DNA of 64,000 nt. It comes from Vicugna vicugna (lineage: Eukaryota). This document shows, piece after piece, positions 49,401-62,525 of the stretch. A program made the position numbers and the translations under genes. Position 1 is the stretch's first letter. Each line of letters starts with the position of its first letter. The notes beneath the pieces were generated by a model. It had not been told where the DNA came from. It saw nothing but the letters and a program-made list of their open reading frames with translations, and did no database searches. Location: assembly GCA_013265495.1 (NCBI GenBank), contig MU058039.1, positions 684,591 through 748,590 of the forward strand, in the 5' to 3' direction.

Positions 49401-51463
49401 ATGACAGTAGTAAGAAGAGCTGACACTTCTAGCACGCATTCGTGCCAGGCCCTGTTCTAAGTTTTACATGCACAGACCCTTTGAATCCTCTCAATTGTCC
49501 CATGATGTGGGTCCCATTATCATCCCCATTCTACACTTGAGGATTTTGAGGCCTAGGGAGATCACTTGTCAGGGTCCTCCAGGGGCAGAGCCAGGATGTG
49601 GACCCGGACTTCCTGGGTCCCCAGCCCATGCTCTTAAGCACTCACCTGTTGGGTTGAGTTGGAATTCTGGCTCTGGGAACAGACAGCCTGTGGTTCGGTC
49701 TGGCTCTGCTGCTCAATAGCCATGTGATATTTGGCAAGTGGCTTTACCACTAGGCACCTCAGTTTCTTTGTCTGTAAAATAGGCTTGTGCTGTTTGTCCC
49801 CTATCTACTGGGAGAGTGGGAAGGTTCTCCCGAACTGGCACACATGAGGTGATAAGTGCAGGGTAGTGAGTGCTCGGAGTGGCAGATACTGTGATGACAC
49901 TGATGTTGTGACTGTCACTCTCTTCTGAGAGGTCAGAGAGCTGTGCTGGCAAGCGAGGGTTGAGTTCACGGACAGAATTCTGTCCTTCTGGCCACATGCA
50001 CATTTCTTAGGCTCCCATAAACCATAGCATGGGGGCTAGAACGAGGCCCCAGGCTGTTTTCCAAGCCAGCCGGCTGGCCCACCCCAGATGGCCGCCCCCA
50101 GCCGCCAAGCAGACAGTCATGGGCCCACATCTCCAAGCAGATGGGATGTGAGCGTTGGCAGCACTGAGCTTCCCGCCGGGGCGGGAACAGACTTGGAGCT
50201 GGGCTTCAGCACCACATGCCTAAATGAGCCCCAGGCCAGGGCTGCCCTGTCCTCAGCCCCTTGCTGAGACTGTCTCTTCTAGGACACACGGGACGCCAAC
50301 TAGCCAGGGACAGTGGGTTCCCTTTGGTCCCAAACGTGACTTTTTGACAGCCTTAGTTTTGTTAGGATTAGAGGTTCGAATTTTTTTTTAATTGAAAAAC
50401 TAACAGTCACTTAAGAATTTAAACAGTATGTAAGTGTACAAAGTAGAAAAGGGAGAATCTTGTGTTAAGTGAAAAAAGCAAGTGTAATAGTGAATCTCAT
50501 TTGGAACTTCATTTATGTTCAATAGGTACCTCTGACTGTGTGATATAATCTCTAAAGCATACTGTTAAGTGGGAAAAAAAGTAGCTTCTTAGTCAAGGTT
50601 AAGATTTTTTAAAATTCTTAACTACATGCATGGCTGTGTATAAATACATTTGACACGTGTGCCTGTAACAGTGGCTCACACACATTGGGCTCTCCCTGTG
50701 TACCAGGCACAGTGGTAATAGACACTACGTGGATTATTTTACCGAGTCTTTACAACTGTTCACAGCAGGCACTGTTACCCCCCCATGTCATAAACGAGGA
50801 TCAAGCACAGAGAAGTTAAGCAACTTGTCCAGGGTCACACAGCTAGAGATGAAATAGAGCTGGGATCCGAATCAAGACACACTGACTCCTAAGCGACCTC
50901 CCAGGAAGAGCTCTTTGTGGGGAGTGCACCCCACACCCAGCGCAGGGGAAGGCAGGGGTGCATATGAGTCGGGAGCCAGTGGAGAGCAACCTGTGTAAAT
51001 GGGAACCTCCCTGCTGACATGGCCTGGAGGCCCTTTCTCGGCTCAGTGACATGATGCCAGCGGTCATCGAGGGTCAGAGCACACAGGGTCTTGCAGGCTG
51101 AGCAGTGAGTCTAGATTTTATTGGGAGACAGATGGAAAGCTTTCAGTCGGTTCTGTGCAGAAGAGAGATATGATGTGACCCAAGCTGCTAGGAAAAGAAT
51201 GGACTGGAGTAGGGTAGGGGTGGGGTGGGCGCGGGGAGACCAGGAGAAGGCTGCTGTCCCAGTCCACGTAGGACATGACAGTGGACGGGACCAGGTGGAG
51301 GGTAGTGGTGCCCTACATATTATCCCCAGCAGGGAAGGGAAAGCTGGGAGCTTTTCAAGTAATGGCTTTTGGTCAAGTCTTCTGAGCCAAAAAAGTGATT
51401 GTAGGCCACCTGTCCCCAGTGTGGAAGAGAATGAGGATTTCTGGTCCACGCTGTCCCTTGGCC

Positions 51464-51478
51464 CCAGCAGAGGGCGCT
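51464..51478 (+). promoter_or_regulatory. Candidate CTCF binding site
   Basis: CCAGCAGAGGGCGCT matches the core consensus CCASYAGRKGGCRS without mismatch. Confidence 0.55.
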
Positions 51479-52049
51479 GTGGGGCAGTGTCAGCGGGATA
51501 CAAAGACGCCGATCCTGTTGGTGCATTAATCAAAATCCATAATCCCACGGCCATCCAAATTGGCAGGGGAAAACATCCGATATCCTTGCTTTTCATGATG
51601 TTTCAAGACTACCCCACTTGTGATAAAAGAGATGGGTTTGTTTATTAGTTACCAAGGCCAGAACTGGGAACACCCAACCATGAGATCATTTCATTCCTTC
51701 CACCCGTGCTTCTTGCCCAGGTCCTGTTTGGCAAGGGTGGGCTGTATGCTTAGAAGCAGTGTCATGACGCGTTACTTTTGCCGTCTCCTGTGTTTGTTGA
51801 CTTAGGGTGAGCATGTTTTTCCAGTTAACACTGATCCTGCTTCGTCTTTAAACCGTAGCCCCGAGTGCATTTTGGGTACTTCCAACAATCCCGTGGAGGG
51901 AATCTTTTCCCCGGTCCTGCCCAGACACCCTGCTGTGCCATCTCCCTGTGATACTGGAGCCACAGGGCCTTGCCCGGAGCGTGGCAGAGCCTGGTGCCCG
52001 CAGCACCTCGTGGATGAAAGAGTGAGCCTGTGGGACTGAGGACGGAAAG

Positions 52050-52630
52050 CAGCGGGGCTCTCAGACAGGGCTAGCAGGGCGTAAATTGGTACAGCCGCTT
52101 GGAAAACTATTTGGCAGTTCAGTAAAATGGAAGATGAACATGCCTGGCGACTCAGCAGTTTCTCTCCTAGGTATAAACCCAGAAGGAAATGTGTTGGTGT
52201 GCACCAAGAGGTGCTTCCATGAGTGTTCCTAACAGCACTGTTCACAGTTGTCAAACACTGGAAGCAGTTTCCGTGCTTATCCACAGAATGGATTTGATCC
52301 ATCATGGTAAAAACGTCAGCCTCCTGCAGCAGCCTGGTCGAATCTCATATCTATAGCGTTACGAGAAAGAAGCCAGATATAAAAGAACACAAAAGGCACG
52401 AAGCTCAGAAACAGGCGGAAATAAATTATGGTGTTATAAAAGTCAGGACAGCATTGCCTTTGGTGGAGGTGGCAAGAGGCACAAAAGTGTTTCTGGAGGC
52501 TGGAAATAACTGTATTTCTTGAGCTGGGTGGTGATTACCTAGGTGGTCACTCTGATAATTCCTTGAACTGTTCTTATGTGTTGTGTACTTTTCTGTATGT
52601 GGATTATATTTCACAGTTTTAAAAAAAAAA
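52050..52630 (+). mobile_element. L1ME-like 3' end
   Basis: gtaaattggtacagccgcttggaaaactatttggcag...ctcctaggtataaaccc...gtacttttctgtatgtggattatatttcac plus an A-tail. Confidence 0.7.
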
Positions 52631-54083
52631 TGTCAAAGAGAAAAATCATAGCTTTGGAGAAGTCAGACCTGAGTTGGAATCCTGGTTCAGCCACTTAGCT
52701 GTGGTGATCTCGCAGTAAGGCACATGACTTCTCGGAGCTTCAGTTTTCTCGTCTGTAAAATGGAGATAGTAAAATCTCCCCTGGGCAGACCTGTACATAT
52801 TGTTTGAGAACTACTGTCTGAAATACAGCACAGTGAACTATGTCTTCGTAAATGTGACTTTGTTATTAACATGGATCAGTCAGAAATTGCTTTGTCTGCA
52901 AAGTAACAGAAAACCTGACTAACTATAGCTAAAACAAATACGAGATTATTTTACTTATCTAACAAGAAGTCTGGAGGCAGGCAGCTGTGAGGATTGACTT
53001 CTGTGAGATTTGTTGCTCTTGTTGTCTCTCCTTATGATCACGAGATGGCTGCCACAGCTCCAAACATCTCACCCTCACACCAATGTCCTTAGAAAAAACG
53101 GGCAGGTGGAAAGGGGCTTTCCTTCGACCAGGGAAGAAAATCTGCCCCTAGATGTCCTCCCAAGCTGGATTCCCCTCACATCTCATTGCCTGGAACTAGT
53201 CATGTAGCTGCTTTGGGTAAACTTGGAAAGCAACATCTGGGAAAGGGGAATGAGATGGCTGTGACTGGCTTGACTAAAGGTTTCCATCCCTGGCTGCACA
53301 TCAGGATCATCTGAGTAGTATTAAAAGGGCGACGAGGCAGGGAGAGGGGAGAGAAGGAGAGTGTTTGATGGGGTGTGTGTAAAAATATATACGTATACAA
53401 ATATGTAAGTGTACGTATACAGACATACATGCCAGGGCCTCACCACAGACCAACCGAATCAGAATTACCAGTGATGATTTTGTCAGGAAACCAGGTTAAA
53501 AACCAGTGCCACAAATCAAGATCCATGATGATACCAATGTCCGAGGCAGGCCTGTATTCTACATAAGAGCTTATGGTAATTAGTGTACATATAATATTAT
53601 TATGATATGACAGTAAGTGTGTGTGTTTGAGTGCCCACCTCGTGGGGCCTGTTTTATTCATTCTACCTCTTATTACCTGACAGACTCATCTCCCCACCTG
53701 CGTGTCAGCTCCAGGAGGACAGGGGTCTTTGTTTTACTCACCGCACTTAGGAGGCACTCAGTCAGTATTTGTTGAACAAAGAAGGCTGTTCCATCCCCTG
53801 TCTCGTTTAGTCCTCCCATCACTCCTTGGAGGCTGTGATAATGTCACTGTACCCATTTCACAAAAGATGAAGCTGAGGCTAGGGATAGCAGGTCACATGG
53901 TCGAGCTCACACAGCCAGGAGGCAGCAAGTTCAAGTCCTGATCCAGACCCGGTGCTTTCCGGCCCGAGAACCCCCAGCTACTGACCATCACTCATGTCAC
54001 TTTGAGAGCAGGACAGCCTCGTGTGTTCTGATCCCTTCCTGGGTCCTGGGAGCCTCTTCACCTTCCTTCTTTCCCTCGAACAG

Positions 54084-54272
54084 CTCATCACCCTGCGGGG
54101 CTCCATCCTGGAGGACGCCACACCCACGGCCACGAAGCATGGGACCGGGCGAGGCCTGCCCCTGAAGGACGCCCTGGAGTACGTCATCCCTGAGCTTAAC
54201 ATCCATTGCCTTCGGCTGGCTCTCAGCACGCCCAAGGTGACGGAGCAGCTGCTGAAGCTCGACGAACAAGGG
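54084..54272 (+). CDS. SIPA1L3: SIPA1L3 coding exon 3 (189 nt)
   Basis: ttccctcgaacag|CTC ATC ACC... encodes [63 protein letters not shown], then |gtgagc. Phase 0/0. Confidence 0.96.
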
Positions 54273-55141
54273 GTGAGCTGGGGGCCAGGTGGGGGCGCGG
54301 GGCACTAGGCCAGCTGCCTGCAGCCCCCTTCCAGTAGCTCCTTCTGTCTTGGGCACTTTTTTTTTTCTCCAGAGAACAGAAACCCACTCAAGCTAGTTTC
54401 AGTAAAAGCAAGGATCTACTGTCAAATTCTGGGGTGCCAAGAGCAGGAATGGAACTGGGTCTCAGCAGGGAGATAGTCTAGGCATGAGACAGCCCCCAGG
54501 TTCGTGTGTGTGTGAGTGTGTGTTACCTCTCCCTCTTTGCATACTGCCTCCCTCCGCTTCTCTCGCCCTCCCACAGCTCGAATTGGTGTTAGGGTTACAG
54601 CCACACGCAGACCCCAGCTAGCTGACTCTCGGTCCCAGGAGCCCCTCTGACTGGCCTGCACTTAGATCAAATGACTGTCCGTGGTTCAGTCACCAATGAC
54701 CATGGGAATCAGGGATACACAAAATAAACACTTACCAGGGGCCCATCCTGCAAAAGACAATGTGGACTATACAGAGCCCTCCAGAATCTCCTCTTGCGGT
54801 ACCTTAGCCAGTTCCAGTCCACCTCTTGCAGGAAGCCGGCCAAGGTGACAGTCTCTTTCACTCGAGAGAATGGATGGCCAGCCGCCCTCCACCTTGTGTG
54901 GAAAGCGCGAGAACAGTGGCATGGGCACCTTGTGGTGCCTCTGGAATGGCAGGGAGGGAGGGGGCAGTTGGGACAGACAGACAGTTGCCCCTACACCTGT
55001 TTCCTCCCTCTGGCTGTGGTACTGAATTCCCGAGGGACCCCAGCAGCTCCCTGGGCCCTGCGCCCGAGAAAGCCCCCTTTGTTCCGTTCCCTCCGCGGTC
55101 TCTGCCTGGCCTGCTCCACGAAGCCACTTTCGCCCCTGCAG

Positions 55142-55316
55142 CTCTGCCGGAAACACAAAGTGGGCATCCTGTACTGCAAGGCCGGCCAGAGCTCGGAGGA
55201 GGAGATGTACAACAACGAGGAGGCCGGCCCGGCCTTCGAGGAGTTCCTCTCCCTGATCGGGGAGAAGGTCTGCCTGAAAGGCTTCACCAAGTACGCAGCA
55301 CAGCTGGATGTCAAGA
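55142..55316 (+). CDS. SIPA1L3: SIPA1L3 coding exon 4 (175 nt), start of Rap-GAP domain
   Basis: cccctgcag|CTC TGC CGG... encodes [58 protein letters not shown], then A|gtaagt. The KVGILY and EEEMYNN motifs are typical of Rap-GAP. Phase 0/1. Confidence 0.96.
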
Positions 55317-57619
55317 GTAAGTGGCCTCGCGGTGCAGCCGGTCAGGTCATGGGAGCCCCAATTGCGCTCTCATCTTGTGGGCAGAGGTCAAGAGGCCTGG
55401 TCACACCCGGGCCAGGACGTGGGACAGTGGGACCTCGAGGACTCTGCTGGTGGGAGTGCAGGGAGTGCAGCCGCTTTGGAGAATGGAGCAGCATATGCTA
55501 GTAAAGCTGGAGATTCACCCACTCTGGGTCTCAGCACCTGCGCTTCCAGACATATCCTCTGAGGTCGCCTGCCCGTGCGCCCCGGGAGACGTCCTGAGTG
55601 TCCGGCATGGGGCCCAGCACGTGGGCAGAGTAATGGCAGGTCCCACGGCGCAGTGCCCTGTGGCGGGCAGCCTGGAGGAGCGCCATGGGCTGGATGCTGA
55701 GCGTGGACAGCGGGTCTCCGAGGAGCGGATGCTGAATGAATCATGCCTCTCACACGGCAATTATTTTAAAAGCACACTCAACAATATATTGTATGGAGAT
55801 TTGTTCTCATACAGTGAAACTGAAGGAAAACCAGGCAGTGACAGACACAGTGTGCAGGGTAGCAGTTACCTCTCCAGGGAGAAGGCAGATGTAACTAGAA
55901 AATGATACTCAGGTTACAGTGTTGGTGGCGGGCTGTTTCTTAAGGCAGGTGGCAGGTACAGCATGTTCTTTGTATGCATACATATATGTCGTTTGTGTGT
56001 GATATATGGCATTGAAATGTTTTGTGATAAGAGGTTTTGGGGAGATGGATGGGTTACCCTGTGAACTGGTGGCACAGCCCCCCTGGGGAGAGGACTGCCC
56101 ATTGTCCTGGGGGGTGGACTTCTGTTGGGTTAGTTGCTCAGGCTGAGTTGGAAAGCCCTGATCAGTCGTCCTGGCTTGCTTACGATCGCTCGCTCTTTAT
56201 GTTACCTGGCCAAGCCTCAGTGTCCTCATCTGGAAAGTGGAGGCACAAGTGAGAGAGATGGGTGACACGCTGAGCACGTGCCAGTGGCTGTCATCCTCAT
56301 CATCTTCACCTCCATGGCTAAAGGAGGCAGTAGGAGGAATAAGCATGTTGTTTTGCCCATTGCTGGCTTTGTGGTCTTGGGTAGGAGAGCCTCCGCCTCT
56401 CCCCACCCTGGTTTCCTCCTCTGTAATGTTTCCCCTGGGAGCACGGTGTGGAGCCCAGCCGGGTCTGTGCAGCCCCCCAGAGCTCTGAGGGTGGGTGCTG
56501 TGGGCGGGGTGCCGACAGGGCAGGGGGCTGCTCGCTCCACGCCCAGTGCACAGGAGCCACAGCGAGTGTGAGCACTAACACTGTAGGTGGTGTTCCTTCC
56601 TGCGCTCGGGTGGGCAGTACACTCAGCACAGGAGTGGGAGACCTGTTATCCCCCTTCTCAGACAGGCGTCTGCTCCCCACAGAATCTTGCCCCCTCACTG
56701 GATTGCTGTGAGGGTCAGGCACCCAGTGCAGCACCTCACAGAGAACTAGTGCTCACACGAACATCAGCCACTGCTGTGTGGCCCATATGGGAAGCAGATT
56801 TTCTCCCAGGGCCCCAGGGAACTGTGCCAGTCTCCCCAGCTAACAGGCAGGGGTGCCGCGGCTTCACGGCCACCTGGAGCACACCGGGCTCTGGCACTGG
56901 CCAACCATGGCTGCAGTGACCTTACCCATCACAGCTTCTCCACTAGCACGTAAGCCCCCAAGACCAGGGACTCCTCTGTCTATTTCACTGTTTCCCCAGC
57001 ACGTACAATTAAATGAAGCGGGTGGACGTCAGTGCCCAAAAGGGCCAAGAAGTGATTTCCAGGGGTGTGTGTGACATTCTGAAGTTGTTTACAGCCGAGT
57101 TTATGGGTTCGCTCGTGCATCCAGCAGAGACAACCTCCTGGCTGCCTTCCCTGGGCAGGAAGGGGCTGTTCACGATGATGCAGGCACCTGACCCCATGTT
57201 GGGGCTAGGCTTTGAGAACATGGCATGTGACCTGAGAAGGGTGAGTGGGAATAAAATAGGCAACGAGGGAAAAGCATTCCAGGCAAAAAAAAAAAAAAAA
57301 ACCCAGCCCGGGCAAAAAGCCTTGAGGTCTAAAGGCTGTTGTTCAGGGAATTAACGTGAAGCATGAAGTGATGGAGGCAGGCGGGGGCCTCTGCGGGGCC
57401 TTTAGGGCTGAAGATTAGAGATTCCGATCTGTTTCCTATGAGAAGTTCAAAACCCACAAGAGGCAGCATCGAATACAGTTAAGAAAACACTCTGGAGTCA
57501 GACAGCCTGAGTTTCAATCCAGACTCCACTGCTCACTGCACTATGTATAACCTTGGGCAGGTTGCCCACTCCCCGTGCCTCAGTTTCCCCCTCTGAAACA
57601 TGGTGCCCACGAGCAGGTA

Positions 57620-58175
57620 TGCTTCTCCCTGAGATGTGCCTCCCATTAGAGATGAACAGTGTCCTGACTGTCATGATTATTGTTTCCTTGTTTTCTTCAT
57701 AGTTTTGCTACCTATATGTGCATTTCTAAATAATAGAATTTGCCTGTCTGGGAACATAATGTGAATGGAATCATACAGTCTGTGCTCCTTTGTGTCTGGC
57801 GTCTTTCATTCAGCATTGTATCTGTGGGATTCGCCTGTGTTGTGACCGTGACTCATTCCTTTTCATGGTGGTGCATTTCTCCACGGTGTGAATATACCTG
57901 TTTATTCACTCCTTGGACTGACCTTTGAAAATACTGGCACTCATATCTCGGGGCACCTGTGTACGATTTCTCTGGGCTGTGATCCTAGGAGATGAAGTGT
58001 TTGTTGGTCCATCACTTAAGCCTACCTTTAGGTTCAGTAGATAGTACTAAAAAGTTTTCCAAAGTGGTTGTACCAATTTACACACCTAACCAGCCACATA
58101 AAGGATTCCAACCGCTCCACATCCTTACCAGCCCTGGGCACTGTCAGAGTTTTAAATGTTGACCAGTCTGGTGAG
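57620..58175 (-). mobile_element. L1ME-like fragment
   Basis: aatggaatcatacagtctgtgctcctttgtgtctggc...ttttccaaagtggttgtaccaatttacac...ctccacatccttaccagc. Confidence 0.7.
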
Positions 58176-58336
58176 TGCTTAACGTGAGGTTTCCTTTTTT
58201 ATCTAAATTTATTTAATTTTAAAGGGTGGAGTTAAGTGAAAACGTCAAGTTAAAAACTTAACACAGATGGCATGTGGGATATGGCAAAAACTCAGAGGTT
58301 TTGGAAACGTGGTGCTAACTGGTGTATCTGTTTCAG

Positions 58337-58440
58337 CTGACTCCACGGGAACCCACTCCCTCTACACGACATACCAGGACTACGAGATCATGTTCCACGT
58401 CTCCACCCTGCTCCCTTACACCCCCAACAACAGGCAACAG
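58337..58440 (+). CDS. SIPA1L3: SIPA1L3 coding exon 5 (104 nt), Rap-GAP domain
   Basis: tctgtttcag|CT GAC TCC... encodes (T)[34 protein letters not shown], then |gtcagt. Contains the EIMFHVST Rap-GAP motif. Phase 1/0. Confidence 0.96.
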
Positions 58441-59406
58441 GTCAGTGGGGCCCAGGGTGGGGGGGCCCCAAATGATTTCCAGCTGATGCATGGCTGAGCC
58501 CTGAGACATTCTCCTTCCCCACTGCAGTTAGCTGGCTGCCTGCCCAGCATTGGCTCTCCTGAGGTCATCCTGTGCAGCAGGTGGGGGCCTTTGGCCCTGG
58601 AGACCCTCTGCACCACAGCCACATCACCTGGGGGTTGGAGACTAGATCAAGTGTCATTTGGTGTTAGCTTTTTTCTAGCTGTTCCTTGGCCACCCTGCTA
58701 CCCCAGCTCCCCTCAAGGGTCTCTTGAGTCATCAGGGGTCCTGTGGGGGTAAAAAAGGTAAATCAGTCAACATTAGTTCGACTGCAAGTGACAGAAGCAT
58801 AAATTAAATTAGCAGAAGTGAAAAATGGGATCTACTGGATTATGTAACTTACAAGTACTAGGAGAGGGGTAGCTTTAGGTGTGGCTGGATCCAGGGGCTC
58901 AAACAGCATTAGGAATTCTTCCCATTTCTCACCTCTGCTTTTCTTCATTGTGGCCTTATTCACAGGTCTTCCCAAGTAGTGGCAAAGATGCCCGCTAGCA
59001 ACCCTCACCTTACATCCCACCACCGTAACTACCCAAGGGGAAAGAGAGCTGTGCCTTCCAGGTGTCCCAGAAGTGTTTTGGGGCTGAATCTCATTAGGCC
59101 ACTCACTTTCCAGAACTAAGGTGGGGATAGAATGGGCTGACTGGTCAAGCTGGAAGCCCATGCTCACCCCTAGAGAGGGTGAGTGGGGTCAGCTCATCGG
59201 GAAATGTTGACAGAGATCAGGGAGATGCTTTCCCAAAGGGCATGGGCATGGCTTCCAGGAGGAGGGGGTGCTGGGTGGGCCACAACGGCTGCTGCTCACT
59301 GCCGGGAGCTCCTCTGGACACGCCATGCCTACTCTGTCTGAGAGTGGTTTCTAATGAACAGAAACCCTACAGACGTTTGATGGTTTAGGGAGGATATATC
59401 TTTTTC

Positions 59407-59484
59407 TATTGGTACAGGTGACATTGTAGATTTTATAGGCCAAAAGTGATCAAATATCAGTGATTTCAGAAGGTTCACTTAATA
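59407..59484. mobile_element. MADE2-like mariner MITE (degenerate palindrome)
   Basis: The minus strand TATTAAGTGAACCTTCTGAAATCACTGATATTTGATCACTTTTGGCCTATAAAA resembles the recalled MADE2 consensus; TA ends; about 80 bp. Confidence 0.6.
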
Positions 59485-60389
59485 ACCTGCTGTAGGAGCC
59501 GTGGTCTCGTTAGGCCTGTGTTGGAGTTCTTTTCTCTGCCACTTCCTAGCTGTGTGGTCTTACCTTTCTGAGCCTCAGGGCCCTCCTCTATAGAACGGGT
59601 GGGATGCTGGAACCCATGTCTCAGGGTCACTGGGAGAGGACCCTGCACTCATGAACCCGAGCACGAGGCAGGGCCCGACACAGGAGGCACACAGGAAGCG
59701 AGTAGAACCTGCCCCTGGGTATTTGGGTGGCGTGGTGGGAAAAGCTTGGGTTGTGGAGTCAAGCAGAAGTGAGTTCAGATCCTGGCTCTTTCCCTCCGTG
59801 GTGGAGTAACTTAGGACCCTGACAGCCTGAGGTTTCTCATCACAGTGGGTGGGATGAGTTAATGCCTCAGGCTTGTTGTGAAGCTAAAATGTGGTTGCAG
59901 CTTTCAGATGTGGATGTAAAATGCCTCGTCCAGGGCCGGCCACAGTAAATGGGTACTTTATCCTGCAGTTTAACTTAATCCAGTGTAAAACACACAGAAA
60001 GAGCTAACTGAGCGTGGCTGGATTTCACACTGTGGGCCACCTCACATGGACTCCGTGTGACTCGTGTCTGTGGACTTTATGTCACTAACAGAGATTCCTA
60101 ATAGTTACTTGAAAACTAAACTTACGTAAATAAGAGCTGTGTAATTTCAGCAAATAAATAAAGCGCCATGAATGCATCATCGCCTGCAAAGATGACAGTC
60201 TTTCTCAAGAACTGTGACAAGCAGGGGAGAAGGGACGGGGCTCCCGTAAGCTCATCTGAAGCCACTGCCCCAACCTTCTCAACACAGATGTCTGGGAAAG
60301 GGTCCCTGCCCACGGTCTTCGGTCCAACTCCGCTGTTGTCCACAAGCATGGCCTTGAGCAGGTAGCAGGCTGCCAGCCTGTGCTCTTCT

Positions 60390-60870
60390 CCAACAGACGT
60401 TTATTGAGCGCCTGCTGTGTGCTGGGTACTGCTTTCGGCACTGAGGACACAGCAGTGGGCAGCGAACAAAACAGACAAAACCCTTGTTCTCCTGGAGCTG
60501 ACACTTCAGTAGGAAAAGACAGATAGGAAACCAAAGGAAGGGGGAAAGTTTGCTGTGTGCTAGGTGTTGACAAGTGTTAAGTAATGGGGGCAGAGAAGCA
60601 GAGGGGGGAGGTTGAGGGGGTAACATCATGGATAAGACAGTGGTGACATTTCAGCCAAGACCTGAAGGAGGGAGGGGAGGGGGGAGCCTTGTGAGATCTG
60701 GGGGAAGAATGTTTTAGGCAGAGGGAACAGTCTACGCAGGGGCCTTGAGGAGATGTTTCAGGTGTGTTTGAGGAGCCGCAGGAGGCCAGCGTGGCTGGAG
60801 CAGAGTGGGCGAGGCGGGGGGCTGTGCGGAAGGAGATGTCAGAGAGCCGAAGGGGCAGGTTGTGAGCCTC
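60390..60870 (-). mobile_element. L2 LINE 3' fragment
   Basis: caacagacgtttattgagcgcctgctgtgtgctggg...agacaaaacccttgttctcctggagctgaca...ggaggccagcgtggctggagcagagtg. Confidence 0.75.
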
Positions 60871-60919
60871 GAACTGACCCATGATGCTTCCCTCTCCCTC
60901 TTGGTTTCCCGTTCACCAG

Positions 60920-61077
60920 CTCCTAAGAAAGAGGCACATAGGAAACGATATCGTGACGATCATCTTCCAGGAGCCCGGGGCGCTGCCTTTCACCCCCAAG
61001 AACATCCGTTCCCACTTTCAGCACGTCTTCATCATTGTCCGAGCGCACAACCCCTGCACTGAGAACGTCTGCTACAG
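60920..61077 (+). CDS. SIPA1L3: SIPA1L3 coding exon 6 (158 nt), Rap-GAP catalytic motif; gene continues beyond the window
   Basis: cccgttcaccag|CTC CTA AGA... encodes [52 protein letters not shown], then AG|gtaggc. KRHIGND carries the Rap-GAP asparagine thumb. Phase 0/2. Confidence 0.96.
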
Positions 61078-61999
61078 GTAGGCGCCTCCACCGCAGCTGC
61101 AGGGAGCGACCCCGGGCACCGCCCCCCTCCCAGCCCACTCCTGCATGCACAGGAAATCACAAAAGCTGGTTGCCAGCATCCAGGCAGCATTGGGGCAGAG
61201 GGGAGGGGGACAGCTGGCCCAGGTGGGCTGCCTCCTGCATTTCTTGTTTGTGCTTCAGTAGGGGAGCTCTGTTCACACATTCCCACACTGTCTAAGAGGG
61301 TGATTCTTAACCAGAAAGGGGCATGTCACCCCGGTTTTGATAAGGGAACCATCAGGGATTTGTATTTGCCTGGAATCTTTTGGTTGCAAGCAACAGAAAA
61401 CCCATATGAAAAGGCAGTTGTCTCTGTTCTCTCATAAATGACCAGCACAAATGCAGCCGGATGTGCCCCACTTTCCTGTATGTTGCCTCGTTTGCTAGCA
61501 GCTCTGAGCTTAACATCTTCCCACTGCAAATCCAGCAAAAAGAGAGCTTTCCTTTCCTAGAAAAAGCAGCCCCAGAATTGGGGCTCATTGACCTGGTTGG
61601 GATGATACACCCGTCCTAGAACAAGACCACCAGGTGTGCCTGGGCCCAGGGTGCAAGGGTTGAGAGGCACAGGAAGATGAAAGGATGGAGGCAGGGCGGG
61701 CAGGGACCCCCACCTTCAGAGGCAGAGCTGAGGGTTCTCAGTTCGCAGATCAGTAAGGGACATAAGCCTCAGACTCGTTCAGCATCCTCCCCAAGGACCA
61801 GTTCTCACCCAGGGCTTGACCGGCCCCAGAGAACAAATGGGAGGCTCTCTGGGTGTGGGGTGAGCACAGCTCTGTGGTCGTTGAGAACCAGCCCGTCAGT
61901 AACCCAGGCCCAGGTCCAAGTCAGCACTTGTCCCTGGAGCAGCACCACAGACTGGGCAATGGGCTCAGGAGGGTTATTTTCCATTAAAAAAAAAAAGTT

Positions 62000-62525
62000 T
62001 GAAATTTAAGAGATGCAAAAGATAAAATTATTAAAAATCAAAATCCCTCTCTCAACTGTGACCCCCAACTACCCAGTTGCCTCACAGAGGCAACTACTCT
62101 TAGCAGTTTCTTATGTATCCTGAGACCTTAGGCAATTACTTACAAGTATTCCTTCTTCACCTTTTTAGTACATGTGTTGGCATATCCCACACACTCTCCT
62201 GCATCCTGTATTTTTTCACTCAGCAGCCTTTGAGAACCTTGCATACCAGTCCGTAAAGTGCTTTTTCTCTCTTTATGACTGCGTACTACTCCATCATGTG
62301 GCTGCATGAGAATCTACCCCTATCCCCTATCCATGTGTGTTTAGGTGGTTTCCTGTCTCCTGCTCTTCCAGTACCCCCAGCAGTGAGTGACTAGTTTATA
62401 CACTTGTCCAACTGTACAGCTGGGAAAGGTAAATTCCCAGACATGGAGTTACTGCGTCAAAGGGTATGTGCCTAGGTGTACTGGGTGGTCTTGATGGCAT
62501 TGCCAGAGTCTGCCAGTTTATTCTC
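62000..62525 (-). mobile_element. L1ME-like fragment
   Basis: cagaggcaactactcttagcagtttcttatgtatcc...ttaggtggtttcc...aaattcccagacatggagttactgcgtcaaagggtatgtgc. Confidence 0.6.

Noticed and set aside
51212..51236. G-quadruplex-capable run gggtaggggtggggtgggcgcgggg
   Set aside because: Lies within a degraded L2-like remnant in a G-rich locus where such runs are common; no sign of function.
54794..55501. 235-aa ORF as a standalone gene
   Set aside because: Only 55142-55316 is SIPA1L3-like and bounded by AG/GT; the flanks are open intron.
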